Source: Raillietiella orientalis
Lineage: Eukaryota
Assembly (NCBI GenBank): GCA_036172245.1
Contig: JAYWIR010000050.1
Location: 1,116,001 to 1,180,000, forward strand
Direction of reading: 5' to 3'
Length of the DNA: 64,000 nt
A program made the position numbers and the translations under genes. This document shows positions 38,301 through 53,300 of this stretch, piece by piece (position 1 is the first letter of the stretch; each line of letters begins with the position of its first letter). The notes below the pieces were generated by a model. That model saw nothing but the letters and a program-made list of their open reading frames with translations, made no database searches and was not told the DNA's origin.

Positions 38301-41300
38301 GTACCCAGCTTGAAAGAAAAAAAAAAAAAAAAAGGATAAGGGAGACAAATTCAATTGCATGATAAACATGGAGTTTTTGCATATGACTACCATCAAACAC
38401 AGGCAAAATGTTCAAGGTCCACAAAAAGGCCCTCTCAACTGCCAAATCTAGTTCCAAATACTTTGGTTTCAGGGAATCAGAAATCAGCAAAGGTTTCGTG
38501 ACCGAGAGGGAAGGAGGCGAACAGATTATGAAAATAACAACACCCAGGAAAGAAACTCATCACAGCTACAGGGAATATCCTCCCGATATGCGTTACGAAC
38601 GTGGAAAACTGATCCACACCGAGTTTAAGGTCAATGCGATCCTTGGGTCATTCCGGAAGTCATCCACTTATCCACCGACGGATGCAACGTATCCCTGGAT
38701 GGTTTCCGAAATTCCCGCATTCATCCCACGGCGCACGAAAAACTGAACCAAACTGATGTGTGAAAGCACAATACATTGAATTACAAGAAAGGGAGGCCAC
38801 GAATTCGTTAAAAATCTGGAGAAGGAATCCTTTGAAAAGGGATACAAAAAGCCTTACAAAGCTGTCCTCTTACCGACTTCACGAACCGTAAGTTACTCGC
38901 GCACGCACTATTAAACCTAAATTTATTTCGAAGGCTATAATTTCCTAACTATGCCACATGCCAAACTATTTACTTATACCATACTCGTTGTCAGTTGCGC
39001 GGAAAAACGAGTGATTCCAAGGAAAAGAAAGGAGAAAACGATGCGACGAGCAAATCGGAGCATCCGATGCGGACGAAACGAGATCGTGGGACACCGACAC
39101 AAAAACGACCACAGCGACCACGCGACCAGGGTCGGCCACCACGACTTGCAAGTGGAAAAGAAATCTTTTCGGAAAAACTAGGGGAAGAGAGGAGGAACCC
39201 AAGTGCAGAAGAAAAAAAAAAACACGATCTCAGTCACGGAGGATGGATTTCCGGAGAATCACACGTGAGCAAGGGAACGATTCGAGCCACGTGCTTCTCG
39301 AGGTTCACATTTCAAAGGGGGAGGAGGCTTACCCTTCTCCAAAAGCGTGCCGAAATACTCAACGGGATTTTTGTTAAATTCCGTATCTTCTGAAAATTTA
39401 AATGCCGTAGCATCAGACGGAATAGCATGCACAGCCGAGGCCTTCCCGGCCATGGCCTCGATCATCATGGCTACAAAGAATCGTGGAAGAAAATGAACTG
39501 AAGCTCTCTTCTACCAACCGACTGTCATCCGTGAGGGAAACCCATGGGGATTGAAAATTATATCCGGTATGAGACCGCTTTCAGTAAAAGGCAAGTCTTC
39601 GGAAGGCAATAAGTAACTGCAAATACCCTTTTGACCTGCTCGACTGGCAAATTTGTCTCCAACCATCGGATTTCGCTAGCAGAGAGGGAGGGGAAGACAA
39701 TCATAATAATAATAATAATAATAATAGTAATATGTATATAAATAGTGGTAAGTGGGAAAGAATGCCCAAGGAGAAACGTTTTCTGTTAGTGGGGACATTA
39801 TCACTCAATCAACCTGTTTTCTTAAGGTGATGCGTATTTTCTTCGGCGAGTTTGACGAATCGCAGCCCATGGCGGAAACACTGTGCACGTACGCTTCTTC
39901 CTCATGATTGTACTTGACGGTTCTGTATTCATTGCGACAAGCATCGAAGTAGCTGGAAACAAGGTGGATAAGAGTGAGTGGTGATCACATGGGGCTCGGA
40001 CTGGTTTCTCGGGGAACACGGAAAACGTCACGTTTTTCCGAAACCTTCCGAAATGAAAGAGACGCTTACAAGTAGAAACAGGTTGGGGACCTAACGCAGC
40101 CCCAGATCCGACTTCCCAGCCTCCCCTGACCGCGCGCTGCCGGCGCATCCTCCTGCGGAGATGCGCGGGCAGCGATGGACCGCTCTCGTTGCTGCCGGGC
40201 ACGCACCACAGGATGAGGGGATTCGGCTTCACACCCTGAGGCAACTAGCCTCTCCGCTGGAGGCGCAGCCCAATAAAACACAACGCTTGGCGGCAGGAGT
40301 CCGTTGAATCCTGGGTTGCATTCCACGGAATGGGTCCGGGAGATGTTTACACCCGCTACCGCGAACCCATGGAAGTGGTATTGCAGGACGCAACGGAGCG
40401 GTCGACAGTGGCCGCCACCCCCCCTTGCCGCAGCGCTGTTTGCCCTCAGGGTAAGAGAAGACAGTAGCCTACCGGCGAGGTGGGCTTGTTCCTGCACATT
40501 CGCGGGAACTACAAAACTCGTGGGTGGCTGGAGGGTGCGGGAGTTGGCAGATGCTGCGGGACTGGTTCGGTGGTGAGAAAGTTGCCCCCGAAGTGTTCGT
40601 GGTCCCGCCAAACCGCGTCGACACATCGTGTTTCCGGTGGGGTTGTCTCCCCTAATTGTGGCAGCTTTTAGACTGCGGTGCCCTCCAGGAACCGGGGCGG
40701 AGGCTAGCAGCAGCACTCCGGCACCAGAGGGACACCGTTCCAGATGGGCTGCGACGGTTCTTCGCCTCGAGAGGGCTCACGACTGGAGCCGTGATCGCAT
40801 TCGTCACAAAGCCCGAAACGCGCTGAAGACCACCATGCAGCGGAGGGATGTCACCACAATGGGGGGCGCCTATACCGGCGCGGATGCATCACTTGGAAGA
40901 AAAAGGACGAGATCACCGGCATACAGCGCCGAATGGTGACCCTGGTCCCCTGTCCTCTTCATTTATTTATTTCTATTCCTTACACCTGTTCGCACCGCGA
41001 AATTCCCGGTTTTTGTTTTTTCCCTCCGTTTGCATCCCGGTGCGTGGGGTGCGAATCCAAAGATCCCTACCCCATCTCGCCCACTCTCATTTATTTTTGT
41101 TGATCCCCTTGTCCCTTCCCCGTTACGGATCTCTCGTTTTCCCGGTTTGCGTGCCGGGGGGACCCCCCTTTGTTTCTCGTAGTTTATTTTAAATAAACGC
41201 CCCGGCGTGACCGGGTAATAAACTTCCCAGCCAATGAAAAACAAGTTCAAAGGAAAAAGTGGAGACTTCGTACAATAAGTTTTGCTTGCTGTGCTCAGTT

Positions 41301-44300
41301 TGACAACCAAATCCGAGAATATTTGCGATCATTTATTTTAGTTTTCTAAGAATCTGCTCGATTCTATGTACGGATTAAGAGACGCCACAAAGCGTTTGGC
41401 TAGCAGCTGAAGGAAATGGGAGTAAAGAGCAAAGAGCACATGCTTTGGTTTCCGATTAAGCTTTTAGAAGGCGTACACAGACTAAAGTAACAGTACACAC
41501 ACACCCAAGAAGCGCGCATCACTTGATCCCTGAATATCCAAAAAAACATTGCCGATCTCTTACAAATCCTTGACCAGCGTGATTAGATTGTTCCGGGCGA
41601 ACAGACAGATCACCGGGAAACATCTCTTATGTGCTGATGCTAACGGCCACACAGCGTAAAGAAACAACCACTTCCGTTCCTGCGCGGAACTCAGCAAAGA
41701 ATCGACAAACTCCATGCTTTGCAACGAAACGGAATCTCGAAAGGAAAAATTGCAAGATGGCACCTCCTTCCTACTACCCACCTTCCACTTAAACAAAATG
41801 CCCCAAATGATGCCGTTTCAAGCCACCCTCATGTTGAGTCATACCCTTCTCATGATGAAAGGTTCCCGAGAACGAGCTTCCTTTAAAAGTGAATGCACTG
41901 ACACGAGAACCGCACATGAATCCTTAAGGACCATCGCAAGGAAGTGGAGAACATCCCATGGCAGCTGATGAATCACAAGCCTCGAAAGAGGCTCTGCGTA
42001 GATTAATCCTCACGACCACGGTGAGAGTTCACACTCTGCAGAAAACGAGGGGATCTGAGTTTCGGTGTTTGCAAGAAGCGATTTCCGAGCACGGGCACGA
42101 GGCACTTGAAAAGCCGAAGCATAAAGAATTAGCTATTCTGGACGGCTGCAGCTCACTTCAAAGTCGCCAACTCTGAACACGCGGGGTCAGACTTCCCTAC
42201 AAGCGCAAAATTGCGGCAACCGCTCGAAATTCGCATTTCGTGCAAATGCATTTCAAGGAAGGATTCCCAATCCAACCCTAAACGGAGTGGGCGCAACAAG
42301 CAGTTCGCAAAGCTTGGAAAATCTTCGGATTCCGTGAGTGGTGGCGCTCCTCCGAGGCCGCAGCGACTGAAACCCACGACTTGAGAGCTCGTGGGCACTT
42401 GCGCACGCAAGAGGTCCGTACGCTACACTTGGCAAAGGATCGGCTCAAAATGCACCGATGAAGCAGGACTTTCCTTCAATTCGACCCCCCGACGCAGATG
42501 CAAAATTCGGGGGGTGGGGCACTGGCGCGCTGCAGATAAAAATCTCGAATGATCGGTCGCATTTGTCAAGGGTGGGTCGCTCACACGGTAACGATCAGAG
42601 AATCCTTGAGCTCGTGAGCTGTGCGGCAAGTGCAAGGACTCGGAACTTTTCGGAATCCCAAACGCACACCAAACAACAACAAGAAGGCACTGCACAAACT
42701 ATGCAGGAAAAGAGCAGCAGGTGCAAACGCTAATATACAAACTACTATTCAGGTTACTAAAAGGTATCGACATGTCACACACGATTACTTTCTCAGAGGC
42801 AACCGGAAACGTTCACGACATGTAGAACGAGGTGATTTTTTTCAAAAAAAAAAAGAAAAGAAAAAGGAAACCCACTCTGTTCAAGTTGACGACCGTCGTC
42901 TGATGGGGGTTCCCGGTCAGAGAAGCCTGGGATTGCTACCACTTATGCTGATGACAACTACCGGAGAGGTTTAGTAGTATGAGGAATAGTAGGGGTGGGG
43001 CGGAGAAGGAGTTGGAAGGTTTTGGGATGTGAGTTGGTGAATGTGTGTTTCCTTTTTGTAGGAGTATGATGCACCTGAGCGTGTTGATGGAATAGATGGT
43101 TAAGTATGTAATTCATATTGTGGAAGATGTACTTGTTGTGGAGGTTATTCATGCTATGTGGGAAACGGACGAATTGGTTACAGGTGGCAAAAGTGGGGTG
43201 GGGTGGGTGGGAGGAAAGAGTGAAACGTTAAGAGAGTAGGATGGGGGACGACCTGTGAGACCACGAAACTGGTCGCACCGCCGGTGCACCAAGAGGATGC
43301 AGCTTCAAGGGAAGAGCTCTCCACAAGGACGGAAAAGGAAGCAGCAGCACGCTGAAGCAGAATTCCACAGGCACGAGCAAGTGGTGGCACACATGCTGCC
43401 GCGAGGTTGGCACGCGTACCACCGGCAGGAGGGGAAAGAACACACATTCCAACACCGACTTGAAGCACCCGGGTTGTTGCTGCCGGTCAACGAATGGAAC
43501 CAGAAAGCTGTTGGAGGTTTCGAACGGACCTCAGCCACGTACACTCACGTACAAGTGTACTCTCAAATCCCAAGAGCATTACTAAAACCTTGCCAGAGTA
43601 GGGTATAGCATGAATTATACCTGCCGATTACGGACACGAATGGTTACAACGACCTAAATTTGCAAGTAATAAGAGTAATGATTCGTTGCATTCTGAAAGT
43701 CACGACAATTTTCGTAATAAAGATCAGTTTGAAACACGTGCGATCTCACAGGATTTGTATGTTTTTTTTCTTTTCTTCCCCCAACCCTTTAACGAGCCTA
43801 TTAATGGAAATGCTATTAATTGGCCCCAGAATAACCAGGAGTTCTTACTGAATACTCAACCTGTGCAAAAGCAGAAAGAACGACATTGGCAATAAGACAG
43901 AAGAATGGGAAAGGAAACACTGAATGCTAAAAATGATCATACGCAAATCCTGATACGGATCGTACATTCTGATATACATAAATGAAAAATAAATGCCGTG
44001 CCATACATGCGTCCTTCAAGTATTTAAGTTTTCACGATTCTGTACTGGAGTCATTACCCGAAGTGGTACACTGAACAACCTTCGTTCAAGTTTCGCAAAA
44101 CTAGGTGTGCCTCACACACATAATGACCACTTTCAAAAATCCAAAGCTTTAATCCAACAAACAATTCTATTAAAAATTACAATTCTCAACATCACAATGA
44201 TCTATGCAAAGTATTTTAAAATAGATGGACAGTCAACCTGTAAAAGGATGATCCATGTTGCAGCTTAACACCAACAGGCGGTAAACCATCTTCATCGAGT

Positions 44301-47300
44301 GCTTCTTCTTTGCTGTTTGGATTTCTCTCGAATCTGCACATCTTTGAAAAGAAAATGCAGCACAACGGTATTGAAAGAAAACTTTAGTAAGCGATGATCC
44401 ATTAAGATGCACTAAATTGAAACCCATTCAATGATGCATTGAATGTCTTCCAGTGCGCTATATACGCTATAACATCGCTTCATAGTAGTACATTACTTTA
44501 CGAATAGCTCATACACTAAATGAATAAATAGTACATTTCACATACCATGTCCGAAAGTTTTTTTTCTTTTCTTTTTTTTAGAAAAACGGATTCTGATTTT
44601 TTTAAGCACACGAAATCGGAATTTAATGCTTCGCTTCCTTAGTTTTTCTCGTTTTATGAGAAAATGATTGCTGGAGAAAAATTTCAAGCCGTTTGCTACC
44701 TGTGCCTACAAGCGATAATTTATAGAAAAACACAAGTTTGATCTTTGCCAAAAGGCCAAGATGCGATTACTCCTAACAATTCTAAAAACTTTGCACTAAC
44801 AGAAAATAAATTTTGCAAATTAGGATACGCATCAGAAATGCCATTTGATAGTTGGCAAGCACAAGTTGTCAATATCGGTATACTTAAAAAGCATAAATCA
44901 GCAAGCAGAAATGCTGCTTTTGTTGTTTCAATTCAAAGTGCAAATTACTTTTCAAACAATCTTCGATAAAACGCCTTGAAAAATTTGAATACTGAAGTTA
45001 CAAATAAGCTTTACTGAATGCATAAGAATACTAAAGGGAGTGCTGAAACAACAATTTATCGAATTCTGAAGACTCTTTACTAAAAAGAGGAATACTTTTC
45101 TTATTTAAATTAAGCTAGGAAATACAGAAAAAACAAAAAACAGAACATTGTATATTCATGCATAAATAACATTTTTATAATTTTTAATGACAGGCAGTCC
45201 ATTCATAACATTAGTCTCAGCAATGAAAATAAAGCAGCCAAAAACTCAATTTATAAATTACATTTGAAAAACTCACTTTGGCAAGATGTTTATCTTGTAT
45301 AATTTCACAGAGGTCAATAACAACTGAATTGTATATGAATCCATGTGCAAATCCTCTTTCCACAGAAGACTTATTTAGTACCATTGCATCCTCCATATCA
45401 TATCCCTTCAAAAGTACCAAAGACAGACGAATAATTTCCATAATAATGAAACTAATCGAAACTAAAAATGTCACATACACACATGAATAATACTTTTAAT
45501 ATCTCGACTTTCCAGTTTTTGCTCTTGAATACTTGAACCATTTAGATATAGCTTTTCCTTGTAATTCCTATACATGCATACTTTGTGTTCCGGTACATCA
45601 AGTACCAAGTACACAAATGATAAATGCTATACACACACCATTGCTGCACAAACTGCCCTGAACAGCAGCACAATGAAGTAACACTACTAAACAAAAGCAA
45701 AAACTCTCCGAAGAGATTTGTGAATCCACATAGAAAACTTCCAAAGCAACTGGAAAACTACTTTTTAGAGCACAATTAATTTCCTCAACTTCTCTCTATT
45801 TATTTTTTAGGGCAGAGAAGTTTCTCCGTTCATAGTTAAATTAATAATATGATTACTTATTTTGCCTACTAGAGCATCATAACTGTAAGAGTTTTAATAA
45901 TTCAATGTTTTCAGTTAAATAAAACATCATTATCATGTAGTGTTATTTTTATTTATTATCGTATTCTCATTTTCTATTATATGGATTACTAAATAATTGC
46001 AAAACGAGTTTAAAACATCAAGATAATGCTGTTAACTAATTAAAATGGAGTTCACATTTTTTTTTGCTATTGTCTCTGTTCTTAATTTTGAGCTTCATAA
46101 TGATAAAGCAAAAAATACTTCTCGTGGACTAAGTTTAATTCCATTTACCAACAGTTCCTAGTTTCAAAGTTTTCAAACACTCATACATTAGTTGAGTAAA
46201 TACCCTGAAATTCATTCTTAAGCGCATGACTTAATGGATGTATCTGCATTTAAAAACATCTCGAAAACGGATAATGTCATAGACATTTTTATCAACACAG
46301 TGTTCTTCATACAACTTTCATGGATGACTGCATGAAAAACCACATTATAGGAACACTGAGTTGATTCTGCATGCTTTTGCAAATGATTGGAATTTTAAAA
46401 CTACCTTGAATTTGTATAGCAATTCCATGCAAAACAAATGAAAAAATGGAATGCACATTCTCAAATACTGTTTTAAATTCACTTGGAAATAAAATATAAA
46501 ACAGTACAGCATTTCTTACAGTTAGCTTTAATTACCTTCTCAAACTTTACTGAGAAAATTTGTTAATCTTATTATAAATCTAAAATCTTTTGTAGTTTCG
46601 GATTTTTAAACTCATTCTATTCTACATGGTCAAATAATCAAGCACTTATAATGTTTTCTGCGACCCTGTTCATGCTATGCGTGTTCCCAATGATATTCAT
46701 GAAATACTTCTGAATTAAAACTAAGTAACTGAGTTTGTAAAAAAAAATTAAGTGTTGAGGACATCATTATTCGCCTTTGGCAGAGACTGTTTCGAGAATT
46801 CACTTGGCTGATACTGTATTAGGAATTAAAAAAACTCTTATCAAGAACAAAAAAAGTTTGGGATACCGATGCATCGAAATTTCAACTGTGAAGGGCTACA
46901 CTGATAGAATATCCATATCACTTCACAAATCTGTAAACAAATCAAAAAGACAATTAAGACTTTTTGAAATTTTTTACACTTTTATGTCACATTTCAATTC
47001 ACCTAAGACTTTTTAATAGATTTGTGCACAACATTAGTATTTTCACATTCTTTTCCTTAAGAATGCATTAGTTTCCATCTATTTTGAACAAGTGAACACT
47101 ACACCTCTAAAGTTTGAAATGCAAAACACTGTACTAAATATCAAATTTAGAAATCTAAAATTTTGACACTTAAAGTATATCTTCCTTCTATGTTAACAGT
47201 TTTGCAAAAGCATGTTTTCCAACATCAGCATCACTTGAACATTTTGAAGGAATAAAGTAAATTTTGAATATGAATCTTACAGTATATGAGATGACTGCGA

Positions 47301-50300
47301 CAATAGCATTCAATCCCATGGCATAATCATCAAAATGAAGTCTATCATAATAGTCTGTTTTGAAAATAGGTTTCTGAGGAGACAATAGATAGTACAATTT
47401 TGCATACGATTTGCCTAAGATGTTATGACATGGAGTACCCATTGACTGCTTTCCCATCTGAAAAATTAAGTTCAGAAATAAGCATGAGGCATGCATTAAT
47501 ATTGTATGATAAGTATGTAGATCAAAAAAAATTGCATGCTTACTTGGCACTGATACATATTACGAGGGCTTTGATTGAAATCTGGCATTGGAATCAGTTG
47601 AGCTACATTACTTAAAAATACTGACTTCTCTATTTCTACATGTGTAGTGATCTGCAATCAACAAATATTTCTATAAGTACACGAACACTACAACGCAGTT
47701 AGGGGGGGGGGAAGCAAACTCATGAAAGCAGCTTTGAAATACTTTTTGTAAATGACCAAAAATCTATTTCTTCTGAATTCATTACTCATTTCCTTAAGTT
47801 CAAAATCTTTAAAGTATTCCATAAAGTTTAAGATTCAAAGATCTTATAAGTTACCAACACCAAACAATCCAGTACTTAAATTAGATTTTTTCCAGCTATT
47901 TCTTTTATACAGTTTGCCTGAGTTTAACGGACTAATGTATATCGTTTTATAAATTTCAAAGTATAAACGTTAATTGAAAACAAAATTCAATGAGGAACTC
48001 ACATTATTTATAATTTCTTCAGGTTTAACAGCAATGTCTAAGTTAACTTGCTCAAATGTCCCAACATAATCAATAGTCTGAGTTTCAAGATAAATTACAG
48101 GTCTCATCATTCTTGATGGAGTAGTGAAAATGAAAATTCCAGGATATAAATCGTTTTTTTCTGTATACGGAAGGAAACAGATTTCCATCTGATGCAGCAG
48201 CTACAAGCATTGTTTTCAGTGATTATTAAAGCAAAACCAATAGGACATTTGTAACATTGCATGTAATAAAGAAAAAAACTTTCTTATACATATGAATGAA
48301 TTTAAACTTGCACCATGTTAACACGAACTGCTCTATTTAGTTGAGCATGGTTATAACTGAGATACTGCAAAATATGAATGATTACAAACCTCATGAGAAC
48401 TCAATTTAATTAACCTCAGTTTCTTTAAAAACTGAGCACTTTCTTCATGTGCAATTATTCCCTCAATCTTTCCATCTATCATGACTTGATAGTAATGTTC
48501 TAATGGAAATGGAAGCTCTGCTGGTTGCATTCCTAGTTCCGAATACAGCTTTTCCAAGAAATTGCTACGAACTGTTCTTGTCAATGGTTTAGTTACAATT
48601 TTACAATAAGATGCTAAATGATTAAGCAATCCACATAGAGTGCCATCAGGGGTATGTACAGGGCAAATGAAACCTAAAACAGATACGCTTGCTGTAAATT
48701 AGATGATCTGCACAAACAATTTACAGCATCTTAAAAGCATAACCACATATCCTTACTTTTACCTAATGATTATGCTGCTAAAATAAATTTTTGAATTAGT
48801 CCAGGAAATTACTAATAAACATTATTCAGACATACTAAATCAACGCTTATATTTAAAAACTCTTTCAAGGTATTAGCTCCCTTTTTTAATTAACATTGTT
48901 CAATTAAAGATAATTATAAGTTCACATTATCTACACATAGAAATTTGCTAAGGATTCAAGCACATCCCTTAATTTCAAGGTAATCTCGAGGTAGCCTTTG
49001 AAAGGATGCTACCTGAACACTTGAACTCATGAAACAATAGTCAAAATGACTGAAAATTACCCCAAGCTTCAGGTAGCAATTTACGAACTTCTGTAGTTCT
49101 CATGTCCACAAAAAACTGTCCTCTGTGAACAGCTCGAAAATGAGCTAAATAGCGCATACGATTCAGATTTTCAGCAAGCACTAATAAGCCTGAAAAAGAA
49201 CATAAGACAATTATAATACTTTTTAGTACTTACCTGTATACTGGGTTAAGGAAAGAGCTGATTTGGTGGAAATACTTCCAGTAGCCATAAAGGTTTCCAT
49301 CGAAGTTTCAATATTAAAAGGGCTCATCTTCAAGATTTCAGCTGAAAAGTAATATAAATACTTTTGAATGCAATGACGTCAACAATTAACTGTACCATAA
49401 TTTAGTTCAAATGCAGCATGTTTTTGAAATTTTTTGAATATGGTTTGTTGGCAATGAAACAACCATGATTCCAATTTACTTTTAAGAACTTGCAAGTACA
49501 GTTCACCAGGTAACTGCAATTCCTGAGTCATTAAGGAATCTTCACCTTCCATTAATAGCTTGCCAGTTACCAACGTCCAAAGTTTTTTATTCATATAAGC
49601 TAACAGATTAAACTTGTCAATATTCGATTCTAGATGTACAGCGATGCAGTTTCTAAAGCAATAACATCATAAAGAAAGAAAAAAAAATCAACACAGAAAC
49701 ACGAGAAGTTCTGAATTATTGAAATTCGTCATCTAATTGCAAATCCAACAAGAAAAAAAAATAACATATGACAAAACATGATACCTGGGCATTTTTCTGT
49801 ATACTTTCATTCTGAAACCAAAATCAGCTCTTGATTAAAGATCATGTTAAGCTTGTGCTAATATACCATTGGGTGATGCAAATGTTTTTGAAAGCATGTG
49901 AATTGAAAATCAATCATTAAGACCATGGAATGGAAACCTCATGTTTCCCTATTCTCAAATGTTCCCTGCAAAATCGATACCAACAACAATGCTTCCACTA
50001 AATGGATACCCAAATCTCGTTTTACACATTCTGATTGATTAAATGAAAAATCATACAAATGATAATGGAAATTATTCCTTTCACTTCGATGGAATCTGTA
50101 ACATCTGAACAAATTTTTCATCATAGTACAGAAAATTCCACCTCTGCTAAAGATAAAAATCACAACTTTATGCATTTGGTGCACATTATTTGAAAGAACA
50201 AAATGGAAATACAATGGTAAATTTTATTCAGTTTGCTAACTTTTAAAGAAGTGTAAAAGAAGGGGAGTATTCGAAGTTTTCAACTTTTTTTATTCAAGAC

Positions 50301-53300
50301 ACTTTGGATAAGGAGTCTGATCAAACTTCCCACCACTGCTAATAATATTTGGAAGGTATTGTCAGGAAACATGGATCTTTCCTAATTACAATGACTGAAA
50401 TTGAAAAGAAAACAGTAACTCCTATCAGAGTTACTGTTTTTTTTCCTTTTTTTCTTTCTACACATAAAAAATTTGTGCTAAAAAAATACCCATACCCAAA
50501 TTAAACCAGTGCCACAGAAGAATACACTCACTTCAGTCAACCCCAAAGGAAACCAAGACACCAGCAATCAACTAAAATTGTACTATAGTCATATGTGTTA
50601 TCAACTGGAAAAGCACAACTCCAAAAGATTTCAGAAATGACCACTTACATGAAAAAACAAACATAATGTATTCAGAATGAGCCTATTGGAAATCAGGTCT
50701 TGTGCTGTGGATCAGTTTCAAAGCAAAACTCACTTTGTACATGAAGCAAAGTTGAACAGATCAAAACTTAAGAACATACAATACCATCGATCAATACAAT
50801 GTAATACAAACAAATTAATCACTGATTGAAAACATGCTACAAATTTAGGGCTCCAAATATAAACTGATACGCACAGAAAAATTCAATGAATGTAAAACAT
50901 CGTATTGAGGATAAATCCATGATTTCAATGTCAAGCAAAAAATACCTCAGACGAGCATCAAGTTTTGTACATGATTCCACATGTTTACTCAGTCACATAA
51001 ATATTTCATGTAAGAACAATGAATACAAGAGTATTAAATATAAATTACATACCGTAATATGAAATCACAAACATCAGCATCAGTACTGAGCCACTTGTAA
51101 AATAAAGAGAATTTATCTCGAAAATGCTTCCCAATATAAGTTTTACAATCTATCTGAGTGTACAACTTCTTTTTCTGTAACTCTCTTAACATATTCAGCA
51201 CACATCTAAATTTAATTCAGCTTTAAAATAATTACATTACATTGCTTTACCCTTTATAATAAATATCGGTTTCCATTCCTTTAATGAGTTCATCAAAAAT
51301 GGATTTATCACAAGCATTGTGCAATGCTTTTAGAATCATAATCAATGGAATAAAAAATAATTCCCTTCTGTAAGAGAACATCAGTTTTGAAGTACCATCA
51401 TTTAGATAATGCAAAACATTGTTCTGAAATGCCAAAAATAACAAAACAGATACGTTAATTTGCTTACAACTGGTGTGTGATCATCTGCAACAGATCTTAG
51501 GAATATTCCATATGGGGAAAAATTAGGTCCACGTTTTTTCCAACTAGCTCTATTCATTGCAATTGGATAATTTCTGCGTGAAACTATAAGGAATCGAATC
51601 AACTTCTCATTTCCTTTTATGATAAAGTATCCACCAGTTTCTTTGGCTTCTTCACCATGAGCAATCAGTTCAGATGTTGACATATTATTCAAATTACATT
51701 TGCAGCTCTGAGAGTACATAAAATACGCTTAAAATCATGGTATGTTAAGCACTGCATGATGAATAATCGCAAACAACAGAATTAGAAACGAATTTCGAAA
51801 AATAACTCTGCAGTACGAACTTATGATTTTCAAATGCAAAACTCATCAGTGTTGGCAAAACAAAAGTCAACAAATTAGCAGATATTATATGCCACAAAGC
51901 AGCACATTTCTAAGTTGCAACCTGATGATCAAATTATTATGTAATTTGAAAAACTGAGACAAAACTACCTGAAAGTTTTGCAACTTGCATTTATGCTTTA
52001 GTTTCTTACAATTAAATTAAAAGCAATCCCAAGATTATACTTCAAATCTTAATAACTCTAATCAATAAAATTCAATACAATTCACTTCATAAGAACCACT
52101 GCATGAAGGTATGTTATCTTCAAAATTAACTGCAGCTGAAGTACAAGCTAAAGCAGTTTAATTGTAATCAGAATTCACTAACTCACTTCACCATGCTATG
52201 CTATCTATATATACTGCAAAGGAAAATAAAAAAAAAACTTATGTTCCAATCAATTAAATTCAATAAATTCACTTAGTACCTATTAAACAGCCACAAAGCA
52301 AATTCCGCACAATGAAATCATTTTATTCAAACCTAAAAACACAGTGTTGGTTTCAAAAGCTGCTTCATCATTTCTTCACAAAACAGACCAGTCCTGAACA
52401 GGTTAATCAGTACACCTAATTGATCCACAAGAACTGACACTGAGTACTCTTTACACAGATAACTCTTTATATCCTTTAATATTCAGATGCCAATAAACAA
52501 GACTTAATTAAGCAAACAATTGGAATAACCTGACAATGAACATGGACATGATGTACTGACTATATATTAGGAGCACACCAAATAAGAGTCAACTTCTTTT
52601 TTGCACATTTAGTAAAAACAAAATAAGCAATAAAATGATAGCCTTCTGTGGTCATTTATAAGTCTTAAACTACAAGGATGCAATATTTGCGAGAGCAGTC
52701 ACTTGAAACTTTTAGCAATTTCCAATGTGCTTCATTTCATAATCACTATACACAAGATTAACACTGAAGTTTGGTTCACAATCAATGTGGATAAACATTT
52801 ACTTGCAACATACCTTTACCATAACAGGAACACTCCCCACACTAAGAGTAACATCTCTCTGCAAAGAAGAATCCTTCCACCATCGAAGTGTGAGAACAAG
52901 AGGAGCTTTGTATGTAGTTCCATTCTGTCTACATTCTATTGGAAAGACTTTTGTGGATGTTCTGAAATCTGCATCAGATGTCTGTGGAAAACTAACTTCT
53001 GCATGCTGAAATTAACAAATGAGTTTAAAAGTTCTAAACAGCTTTAAAAGAATATTAACAGCAAAAATTGCTTTCATGAATAAATAAATAAATGTATGAA
53101 ACCCTTTAGCTAACTTAGCTTTAGGCCACACTTGTATCCCCAGCAGCAACAACAACAACAAATCTACAATTGCTAACACCATTACTTATGACACAAACAC
53201 AACTTGATAACATTTTACGTTTCTAATACTTAATTTTCATGTTTACTTTTATTGACGTGGATTGCATGATCAATGTTCAAGTCAAAACTAAGAGTCTGAA

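Noticed and set aside
42958..43560. His-rich ORF and adjacent GC-rich block in a POLR1B intron
   Set aside because: Explained by CA-rich strand bias, probably decayed TE sequence. No motif strong enough to call.
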